A stretch of 64,000 bases of DNA from Chiloscyllium plagiosum. Lineage: Eukaryota. Shown one piece after another: positions 21,876-33,800 of the stretch (positions are counted from its first letter, which is position 1; each line of letters starts with the position of its first letter). Where the stretch lies: the NCBI RefSeq assembly GCF_004010195.1, contig NC_057754.1, forward strand, positions 5,100,220 through 5,164,219, in the 5' to 3' direction. Position numbers and translations under genes: made by a program. Below the pieces are notes generated by a model. It was not told the DNA's origin, made no database searches, and saw nothing but the letters and a program-made list of their open reading frames with translations.

Positions 21876-24800
21876 CTGGAAATAGAAGAACTAACATCAG
21901 AACTCACAGGCAAAGTGCAGATTTAAAACAAATCACTGCCAACTCAGAGTCATAGCCACGCACCACGGAAATAGACTGGTCCAACCAATCCATGCCGACC
22001 AAGTTTCCCAAACACTGTAGAGATTCTATGAAATTAGTCCCACTTGGTCCATTTTTATTCTATTTCTTTTCTATTCATCCAAATGTCTTTTAAATGGTTT
22101 AACTGTACATGCAGCCAGCACTTCCTCTGGTAGTTCAGTCCACACACGAACCACCGCGTGTAAAAAAGATCCGCATGTCTTTTTAAAATTTTCTCCTCTC
22201 ACCTTAAAAGTATGTCCCCTAGTTATGAACCATATGAACCACTCTAGGAAAAAGACCCTTATACACGCCCCTCACCTGCGACAGGGTTAGGGTGAGAGTC
22301 TTACTGGAGTCAAATATTAATTCTAACCCTCTCCAACAGATGCTGCTAGATTCATAGAGTATCTTTAGCATTTTCAATGACTATTTTTTACATCTGGCAA
22401 TACCAAGTGTCAAAAGCACAAACATAATCACAGGACCAATAGAAGCCATTTCACTCGTTACACCTGCTGCAGTTTTTTCAAGCTAGTCCCATTCAGTCTT
22501 TGTTATCCCCATGGTCAAGCAACTTTATTGTCTTTTTGAAGTCTCCAATTCTATTTTAAAAGGTCAGGGGTGCCTTGCTAGATTTGCAAGGTGGTCCCAT
22601 CAAATTGCAAGTTGCAACTGTGATTGCAATTCAAACTCTTGAGCTTGGTTCCCATCTCTGAATTACAACAAATCCACAGGGTTTATTTTTCACAGAAACT
22701 ACATCCAACGAATAACTATAGCAAACTTTGTTTTAACTGGCACTCTTCATAAACCTGCAAAAATAATATACCTCAAATACCAGAAGTTTACTGCATTATC
22801 ACGATCTCAGAGTAGTCAGCTGAGGATGCGGGTGAGAAAGCTCTCTGCCAGTAAGTTTTATTTAAGGCAACGTTGCATTATGATATAAGTGATTTATATT
22901 GTAAATAAAACATAACAGTGATATATATACCCCTTATATTACGTTTCTATTACTTCGTGTGCGTTTTTAGTTACTACGTGGACTTTTTGCTCAAGTGGAA
23001 TATCTGATCAACTGATATACTTCTGGTCCCATTAAGTGCCAGTTAATAAAAAGCTTGCTGTATTTCTGTTATCTACTTTAGCAGCACTTGTGCAATTAGA
23101 GCTGAAGGGGTTTGGGCAGTTGTTTGGTTGTGTAGGGGTAGTTTTACTCTGTATCTACCCCCATGCTGAAGCTATCCTGGGAGAGTTCAAGAGATCATAA
23201 ATCATGAACCCTAAAGAGTTAACTGCATATTTATTTGAACAGAAGAGTACAGAAATAAGGTCATCAACCTACCCTTTTGCACCACATCGGGTAATCCATA
23301 TGGTTCATATTCTGTTTCGTCAAACGCTACAGACACATGATGCCTGAATAGCCAATTCCTCTGCAGTCTGGCAGCAAGCTCAGCAGTATTGATTTGCATC
23401 ACGAGCTCTGCAGGATTTAGTCTCACCAAGTATTCTTCAGGATTGGTGTGTCCCTTTGACCTGTGGCTGCTCTCTTTCTGGTTCCGCTCAGCTGCCGGAA
23501 TGGGGTCTCCACCAATCTGTCGTCCAGCATCTGGCTTCCTCTCTTCAGTTGAAGATTGTGCCTTCAAACGTGCAGCAGGCCACTGACCACTGGCCACAGT
23601 TTCAGATCTGCGTTCATGGAAGTGGTCCAGAGCTTTAGACAAGATCTTGTTGGCCACTTTTACCTCTTGGTCTTTGTTTTGTAAATCAGAGTAGCTGAGC
23701 AGATGGTTATCAATCTCTTCACTTTTCCCTTGAACAGTTTGTCTCAGAGCCTCCAGATTAGCACCAAGTTTGCATGCTATGATCTGCGCAGTATCTTACA
23801 GAAAAATCATGAAAAATAACATTAAAAAAATGCTTCTGGAGCGTGTTAAATCAGATATCTTTTTGCAGCTAAATCCCCAGCTTGACACAAAATTTGTTTT
23901 GATTTCTGTTCTGCTGTTGTTGGGCACTTTATCATTCTCATCACAAATGCTATAAATTCCTGCATGAAAATAAGTCCACACAGGCATTTATCAATTCACA
24001 AGTTTTACAAAGAAAGTTAGCGAGTTTTGAGAAGATTTGTAGCTCAGGTTGAGGTTCTGGATGTAGGTTTGCTCGCTGAGCTGGAAGGTTCATTTCCAGA
24101 TGTTTCGTCATCCTCTTAGGTAAAATCTTCAGTGGGCCTCAGGCGCAGCACTGTTCATAATTCCTGCTTTATATTTATATGTTTGGGTCTCTTTGGGTTG
24201 GTGTTGTCATTTCCTGTGTTTCCAACCAGAACTCTAACAACATACACATCGAGTTAGACCCCATCTACCACCCCTTGAGAAAAACAGGAAATGACATCAC
24301 CAACCCAAAGGAACCCAAACATATAAACAGAAAGCAGGAATCCTGTACAGTGCTTCGCCTGAGGCCCACTGAAGAGGTTACCTAGTAGGGTGACAAAACG
24401 TCTGGAAATGAACCTTCCAGCTCAGCGAGCAAACCTAAATTCGCAAAGAAGGTTATTGCCCTCTTTTATTGAAATTTCTCAAATGATTTCACATTCAATC
24501 AGTTTTGGACCACTCCAAAGTAAAACAGGAACAGAATGGGACAAACTGCAAGGCAAGAATCCCTTGCTGAAACTTTTCACATAAAAAATAACCCCAGTCT
24601 ATTCAGCCTCTCACTCTAGGGTTTGAGCTGTGGAGAGAAGCTGAATAGGCTGGGACTATTTTCCCTGAAGCGTTGGAGGATATGGGGTGACCTTTTTGAA
24701 GTTTATAAAATCATGAGGGGCACAAATAAGGTGAAGAGTCAAGGTCTTCCTCGCAGGGGGAGAGGAGTCCAAAACTAGAGGACATAGGTATAAGATTTAA

Positions 24801-27800
24801 AAAAGGACAGGGAGGGCAACTTTTTCACACAGAAGGTGGTGCATGTATAGAATGGAGCTGCCAGAGAAAGGGGTGGGGGCTGGTACAATTACAACATTCA
24901 AAAGGCATCTGGAGGGGTACAAGAAATGGAGGGTTTGGAGGGATCTGGGCCAAACACTGGCAAATGGGACTAAATTAATGTGGAACATCTGGTCGGTGCA
25001 AACAAGTTGGACCAAAGGATCTCTTTCAATGCTGTAAATCTCTATGACACTGACTTTATGATTGACAGCTAATTACTTTACGAAGCACAGAGCTAATGTG
25101 GGCAAGTGCTGCAGCTATGTTCAGCACTGGCAACAGTCACATGGTGGCTCAGTGGCTAGCACTGTTGCCTCACAGCGCCAGGGACCTGGGTTCCAGCCCC
25201 CCTCAGACGACTGCGTGGAGTTCGCATGTGCTCCCTGTGTCTGTGTGGGTTTCCTCCCACAGTCCGAAATTGTGCAAGTTAAGTGGATTGGCCATACTAA
25301 ATTACCTGCTGCGTTTATGGATGTGCAGGTTAGGTGCATTGACCATGGGGATGTACGGTTACAGGGATGGGTCTGGGTGGGATGCTTTTTGAAGGGTCAG
25401 TGGGGGTTGTTGGGCCAAATGGCCTTTTTCCCCAGACTGTAGGGATTCTATGGAAATAGTGGCTTCACTGTTTTTCAGTGACATTAGATGAGAATAAAAC
25501 TTGTCCAGCCACTGGGACAGTTACCATTCCAAATTTGCATAGTGTCATTGCCCCAGACCTCCCTCCAATCCCTGAACAGACAGGGCTTTGGTTTAATGTT
25601 GGAAAAACTGCACCTTTTATGATGATACACACTTGATACTGCGTCAAAGGTATTAAATTAGATTACATACTCAAGTTCTCATGGAGCAAAACCGTTACAG
25701 CTGACGCAAAACTGAACATTTAGTATCCAGAAAGCATCCAGTTATCAAGATGTACAATTGCATAACCTCTATAAATATAAACCTATCATAAATATAAATA
25801 TTTTGACTTTATATGCCATTAGAGAGAGGGGAAAAAAAAAGAAAAAAAACAACATTTACAGAAACTTGAGCTAAATCAATCGGAATGTAATTCAATACCT
25901 ATTCACCCATGTCAAATCTGACAATATTTGCCTCAGGAATGCAAAAATGAAAAGAGGATGCACTCCAGAAAATGGGAGATTTCAAAAGTTTTGGTCAAGA
26001 AGCTTTAGCCTCAGTTAAGAGATTGTTCTTAATCCATGAATCTGGTGAGTGGGAAGCTCTTATGCAATGAGATGACACAGGCAACAACATTCACCTGTTT
26101 CAACCAAATGAGTCTTCTCCCTCTGCTGACTCAGAATAGGAGGGTAACTGTAGTGGCCTAACCACAGCCATCAGCTAAAGTGAGTGAATGGGCCCAGAAC
26201 TAAAAGTAGGATCTGAATGCCTTCACAACACTATACCGAAATCACAGTAAGCCAGAGTTTAGATCAGAGTGGTGCTGGAAAAGCACATCAGGCAGGACCC
26301 TGATGAAGGGCTTTTGCCCGAAACGTCGATTTTCCTGCTCCTCGGATGCTGCCTGACCTGCTGTGCTTTTCCAGCACCACTCTGATCTAAACTCTGGGTT
26401 CTAGCATCTGCAGCCCTCATTTTTGCCACACAGTAATCCACTCGACCATTCAGAGTCAGAGTTGTACAGCACGAAAACAGACGCATCAGTCCAACTCGTC
26501 CGTGCTGATCAGATATCCTAAATTAATCCAGTCCCATTTGCCAGCATTTGGCCCATATCCCTCTAAACCCTTCCTACTCATGCACCTATCTAGATGCTTT
26601 TTAAATGTTGTAATTATACCAGCCTCCACCACTTCCCCTGGCAGCTCAATCCATACACATGCCACCCTCTGCTCGAAAAAGTTGCCCTTAGGTCCCTTTT
26701 ATATCTGTCACCTCTCACCTTAAACCAATGCCGTCTACGTTTGCCCCAACCCAGGGAAAAGACCTTGTTTATTCACTCAATCCATGCCCCTCATGATTTT
26801 ATAAAATTCTATAAAGGTCACCCCTCAACCTCCAGAGAAAATAGCCCAGCCTATTCAGCCTCTCCCTATACCTCAAACCCTCCAACTCTGGAAACATTCT
26901 TGTAGATCTTTTCTGAAGCCTTCAAGTCTGACAACGTCCTTTCTATAGTAGGGACACCAGAATTGCATGCAGTTTTCAAAAGACAAAAAATATATCCATC
27001 CATGTTTGAAACGTACAGAAGAGTGCTGCACTTTCAAAACTACGATCACTAACAGACAGAACAAAGAAAATTTACAGCCCAGAAACAGGCCCTTCAGCCC
27101 TCTAAGTCTGTGCCAATCCAAATCCATTGTCTAAACCTATCGCCCAATTTCTAAGCACCTGTATCCCTCTGCTCCCCATCCTCTCATGCATCTGTCCAGA
27201 TGCACCTTAAATTAATCTACCGTACCTGCCTCTACTACCTCTGCTGGCATCGCGTTCCAGGCACCTACCATCCTCTGTGTAAACTACTTTCTGTGTGTAT
27301 CCTCCTTGTACTTTTCTCCACTCACCTTGAACGCATGACCTCTCACCCTGAGAAAAAGCATATCTCTGTCTACCCTTCATGATTTTGTAGACCTCAATCA
27401 CTTTTTTTTCTAATGAAAACAATCCTAACCTAGTTAACCTCTCTTCACAACTAGTATCTTCCATACCACCTTCCTCTTAAACTTTCTCTGCACCCTCTCC
27501 AAAGCATCCACATCCTTTTGGTAATGTGGTGACCAGAACTTTACACAGTATTCTGAATGCGGCTGAACCAAAGTCTTGTACAATTTTAACGTAACTTGCC
27601 AGCTCTTATACTCAATACCCCGTCGATGAAGGCAAGCATACCATGTGACTTCTTGACCGCTCAATCCACCTGTGCAGCAACCTTCAGGGTACAATGGACC
27701 TGAACTCCCAGACCTCTCTGCTCATCAACTTTTCCCAAGTCTCTTCCATTTACAGTATGGTTTTCTCTAGAATTAACCTTCCAAACTACATCACCTCACA

Positions 27801-30800
27801 TTTGCCTGGATTGAACTCCATGAAGCATATAAGTCTCTCTAGAATTAGACCTTCCAAACTACATCACCTCACATTTGCCTGGATTGAACTCCATTTGCCA
27901 TTTCTCTGCCCAATTCTCCAGTCTATCTATATTCTCCTGTATTCTTTGACAGTTCTCTAGGCTTTCTGCTACTTCACCAATCTTCGTGTCATCTGCAAAC
28001 TTACTGATCAAATCACCAATGCCCTCTTCCAGATCATTTATGTATATCGCAAACAACAGTGGCCCTAGCACTGATCCCTGTGGAACACCACTGGTCACCT
28101 TTCTCCATTTCGAGAAACTCCCTTCAACTACTACTGTGTCCAGTTGTTCAAACAGTTTTTTTATCCACCTAGCTAGAACACCTGCACACCATGTGACTTC
28201 ACTTTCTCCATTATTTTACCATGGGAAAACTTATCAAACACCTTACCAAAGTCCACATATATGACTTCTACAGCCCTTCCTTCATGTATTAACTTGGTCA
28301 CTTCCTCAAAGAACTCTTATGATGGTAAGGCACGATTTCCCCCACACAAAACCATGTTGCCTATCACTGATAAACCCGTTATCTTTCAAAGATAAATAGA
28401 TCTTATCCCTCAGTATCTTCTTCAGCAACTTTCCCACCACTGATGTCAGGCTCACTGGTCTATAGTTACCTGGAATATCCCTACTACCCTTCTTGAACAG
28501 GGAGAACAACATTAGCAACTCTCCAGTCCTCCGACACTTCACCTGTGTTTAAGGATGCTACAAAGAAATCTGTCAGGGCCCCAGCTATTTCCTCTCTTGC
28601 CTCCCCCAGCAACCTGGGATAGATCCCATCCGGTCCTGGGGATTTGTCCACCTTTCATATCCTTTAGCCTACCCAACACATCCTCCCTCCTTATGTCAAC
28701 ATGATCCAGAGTAAACAATTTCTCTAATCTAAACATTCATCATGTCCCTCTCCTCAGTGAACACTGATGCAAAGTAATCCTTGAGAATCTCACCCATTTT
28801 CTCAGGTTCGACACACAACCTTGCTTCCCTACACTTTAGTGGACCAACCCTTTCTCTAGTTACCCTCTCGTTTCTTATATATGAGCAAAAGGCCTTGAGA
28901 TTCTCCTTAATTCTGCTCACTAAAGTTATTTCATGACCCCTTTTAGCCTGCTTGATTCCTCGTTTAAGATAGGTCTTACTCTCCCGATATCTCAAAAAAG
29001 CTATTTAAATGGTACCTTGTTGCTGACTGCCTTCTGGCAGGATGGTCTTGTGAAGACCATTTACCCGCAGAACTTCCTTGGGCACATCCTCTCTGACAGC
29101 AGAGTTTCTTTCCCACAGTTTCAACCTGGCACGCAGTTCCATATTTTCTTTGTTCAGCTCAACAACCCTTTTCTGCAGATGGTCAACCTGCAAATAACAT
29201 TCAAACAGGTGATGAAGGCATGCATATTTCAGGAGATTCGAGACTGGCTTGAGCACCAATTGCACTTGAACGGCTGTAATTTAAAGTGCCTTCGCACACT
29301 GTGCCAAATGCTAGCTTACCGATTATTTGCTCGGCTAAAATTCTGCACATCAGAAACATTTTTGATTGACAATGATGTCAGGGGGTACGGGCACATGCAG
29401 GGAAATAGAGTTCAAGCCATTTCAGATCAGAGGTGACCTGTCTAGAGGCTTGCAGGACAGACCGAGTGGTTTATGCCTGCTTTGGTTTTCTATTCACATT
29501 TTTGCTTGGATTTGAAACATGACTTTGAGAAGCCCAGACCGTGAAAAAAAAGTCTCCAGGTGTTGTGTGCAATCAGATTTTTTGCCCCAAGTGGCACAAC
29601 TGCTCGAGGTGCCAGTATGAAAGTGAGACAGACAAGAGTGCCATCAAATGCAGACCTTTGTCAAGTTCACAATGTTCAACAGTGGAGTTGAGCTGCTGAA
29701 CTATCTTCCTCTCCTTCACGTAGATATGATGTGGAGGTGTCAGTGTCGGGGTGGACAAGGTCAGAAGTCACAACACCAGGTTACAGTCCAAAAGGTTCAC
29801 CTGTAATCACATGCCTTCGGAGCACTGTGCTCCTCCTCGCTTCGCCTGCCGAGAGAACAGAGGCACAGAATCCACAGACAGAGCGACCAAAAGGTCACAC
29901 AAATGGTGTGAGTGGAGTGTTGACAGGCCAAACAACAAACCTTCGTAAAAGATCAAAAGCATAAGACCGCGTGAGCAAACCACTAACAGCTGAACAGAAG
30001 TGAAGGGACGACTTGTTAATGTCCGCCACCTTGAGCAGGGGATATACCTGTCTCTGTCTCTCTCTATGTCTCTCGGATGTTGCAAATGAACCCAAGATGG
30101 CAGACATTAACAAATCGTCCCTTCACTTGCTGTTCAGCTGTTTGCTCACGTGGTCGGACGCTTTTGATCGCTGTTCGGCCTGTCAACACCCCACTCACAC
30201 TACAAGTGCAACCTTTTGGTCTCTCTGCCTCTGGATTCTGTGCTTATGTGCTTCTCCTTGCTTCAGCTGGCGAGGGACTGGCGATCACAGAATTCCAACA
30301 GTGTGGAATCAGACCCTTTGCCAGCCCGCTGAAGAGTATCCCACCCAAACCCATTACCCTACCCTACTACTCTACATTTACCCCAACTAACACATCCCTG
30401 AACACTACGGGTAATTGAGCATGGTGAATCCACCCTCACCTGCTCATCTTTGGATTGTGGGAGGAAACCGGAGCACCCAGAGAAAACCCATGCAGACATG
30501 GGGAGAATGTCTGTGTGGAGTTCGCCCAGTCGCCCAAGGCTGGAATTGAACCCGGGTCCCTGACGCTGTGAGGCAACAGTGCTAACCACTGAGCCACCGT
30601 GCTGATCTGAGGGCCTTTGATTTCAGATGAACCTGTTGGACTGTAACCTGGTGTTGTGTGACTTCTGACCTTGTCCCTAATGTAGAGGCACTGATATGAG
30701 CCAGAACCTTACCTCCACGTTGCTAAATGGCTGAAATGTACAGCCTTTGGCACCCTTTTCCTGAAAAGATGGTGGATGCAGAATCTTTGAATATTTTTAA

Positions 30801-33800
30801 AGTCAAAAGGTAAATGGGTTCTTGATGAGCAAGGAAGGGGTGAGAAAGCTGGAAAGGTTATTGTAGACAGCTGGGAAGATGGAGCAATCAGATTAGCCAA
30901 AATCTGACAGAAACCAGAGCAGGTTCAAGGGACCAGCACAAGCAACACAAGTCACAATCCTGCAGCATTTCGCACCTTCAGGTAAAGGTAGGGGGAAAAG
31001 TGGAAAACACAGGGGAACCTCGATTATCCAAATACCAGATTATCCGAAGGAGATCTCGAGGTCCCAATAGAAACATTACATCAAAGATGTGTTTGCAACA
31101 GTGATCGCGTCTTTTGTTTACAGTGATTAAACAGATACCATCTCCAAATGACTGTCTGCCCACCCTCTCTCTCTCTCCCCCCACACTTTCCCTGGAGTTC
31201 TACAGAGGGGTGTACCCTTAAACCCCCCTTCACCACATAATCTCTCCAACATTGTCCTGTACAGGGCAAAGATAGAACCTGTCAAAAAGTTGCAGTAAAA
31301 AGTTGTGAGTGTGGCTGTAGCTGTGTGCGTGCGTGCACAGACTTACCCCACAGCAGCAGTCTTGTTGTTGGTATCCAGTTCAGCTGGCCCAGAGAGGGGA
31401 TGGGGCAGGGTGGGAGGGGAGTGGGGTTAGATGGGGTTGGGGGACAGGGGCAGGTGGGGGCAGGGGCAGGGTTGCCAGGGCGGAGGTGGGGTTGAGCGCG
31501 GGGCAGGCAGGGGCGAGGTTAGACGGGGTTCTGGAGGCGGTGTTGGGGATGGAGCTCACGTGCTTTGTGGCAGGGCGGGCGGTGCTGGGCTGGGTCTCAC
31601 GCATTGTGTGCTGTTGCAGTCTCCTGAACAGGGAGCAGACTTCTAAAAACTCCGAGCCCCCGAGGAAAGGCATTTAAAGCGATTAAGTGAATAATCAATT
31701 ATCTGAACGAAATAATGCCCGCCCAGCTCGTTCGGATAATCGAGGTTCCCCTGAATACAAAAGCATACAGCACCTGATTCTGGAGTGCAGACTTTTTAGA
31801 CTGGATTGTCTCCAATTCTTCGTGAAGCGGTTTCTGGGAATCCTTTGCAGTTTGAGCTATGTTTTTTAGGGTCTCATGTTCTTCTTCCAGTCGCTGGATC
31901 TGTTTGTTCACCTTGAGCACAGACTCCTGTAACGCACATGGTTCTCCCAGGCCACTTTCCTTCCGAGATTCCGAACCAGCACCATCTTCTAGAACCTTCT
32001 GCTTCCAATCTCGCAGAGCCTTCAACTCTTGCTTCAGGTGGTTCTTCTCTTCGGTACTTGCTCTGAGCCGGGCCTCACTGGACTGGATTGCGTTCATCAA
32101 GTCTTCTTTCTCAGACAGCTTGTCACCAGCTGTTTCCTGGGCTTCCTGAACTTCCAAATGAAGCTGCTCCTTTTCTTGTTCCAGTCTGGTACATTTTGAA
32201 CGCAAGAGATTTAATTCCTTGTTCAAGTCGCTGACCACTTGCTGGCTCAATTCCTTTGTCTCTTTGAGCTCCTCCTCTGAAACATGTAAGGCGTCAGTCA
32301 ACCTGCCTATTACCCTTTCCACTTCTTCAACCAGCTCTTCCTCCGTTCTCAATTCATCAACTGGCTTCTTTTCTTTAAAAGCAAGAACAAGCTTAGAGTC
32401 AGCAATTTCTGTTGTTCCCTCTTCAATTAGCGTTTCAGTTTCATCACAAAACTTCTTGATATGAAAGGCCAACAACTCCTTCTGCATTGAACCACTCGTC
32501 CCCTGAAGGCTGGTGGAATGCCGGGCAGCACTGCCATCATTTCTCTGCTCAGAATTCAGTTCGACGGGTTGCCCTTGGTTTTCAATATTCTGATTTACAG
32601 AACTAACTGTGGAGGGCACCTGTGTGCCAGAGGTCGGCTTTGCAGCTGGATCAGATCTTACCCTCTGTTCCCTCGGTACAGCCAACATAGGATTAAACAA
32701 GTTTTGACAACACAGTGTGTGCTGCTGTGCCTGTATTTCAGGATCCTCTTTCAGTTTCAATACATCAGAGGGCACCTTTGTTTCTTCACATTGGTCGTCC
32801 AGAGCCTGAGGAACAGCCTGCACTTTGGGGAGCAGAGTATCAAACACATTTTCACTGTAGCCGGGCTCAGAGTTTTGAACCATTCCATCAGCAGGCACCA
32901 TGGCGGCTTGTTCACCCAACCCCAAGTTTTGCACGGACAGCACGTTGCCACTTTCACTCTCGCTTGGATCGCCCTGAGGAAGCAACCCCTCACTGGTTTG
33001 CTCCAGCATGGCATCCCTTGATAAAGCTGCACTGTCAGCATACTTCTGTTTGGACTGCAAGGCCACCTTCAAGTTGGTTTTCAGCTCAAAGTTCTCCTTT
33101 TGAAGGCACGACAGAACACTGAAAGTATCTTGCAGGCGCCCATTCAAAACCTGAATGGTCTGGTCCTTCTCCTCCATGCTCAGGAGAAGACCCTCGATGT
33201 TCTTACTTTGGGTTTCCAATGCTACTGTCAACTGCTGCGTTTCCCTGTGAATTCTCGATTGTAGACTGTCAAAATTTTCCTGAGCTTGTCTTTTGGCTTT
33301 TTCTTCTTGCTCCTTCTCAGTGGTCAGTTCTTGACATTTTTTCTTAAGTTCATCTACTTGTTTCAAATGATCTAGTGACTGCTTGTCAAACTCAAGTTGC
33401 TCAGCAACTTTGTGCTTCAGTTGTTCCAGGAAGAGCTCTCGACCATCCTCCTCATAGCTCCTCTCGTTGCCCGCCTTGACGACTTCTACACAGAGATCTC
33501 TCTCCTCATTTAGTTTCTGTTCTAGCATTTCTCCCGAGTCACAGCCCAAATGGTTTGGTGATATCTTGTTAACCTCAAGGTTTTCAGCATCTTGGCTTTG
33601 TAGATTTTCCAAGGGAAGACCACTGCTCTCAGTAACAAACGTCCAACTACTTGCTTTTATGATCTCCTCAATGCAAGTCTTTTCACTGTTAAGATCCTCT
33701 ATCTGTTGTTCAAGCTGCTCTATCTTCTTAGAAGCAGCGTTTTGCAGGATCTGAATTTCATCTTCATTTGGTCTCATATGGCCATCAATGGATCTTGTTA

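Noticed and set aside
29657..29714. Coiled-coil-looking frame ERKIVQQLNSTVEHCELDK as an extra CENPF-like exon
   Set aside because: The acceptor is poor and the only nearby donor is phase 1, incompatible with the flanking phase-0 exons, which join cleanly without it. It could be a decayed exon, but I cannot support that.
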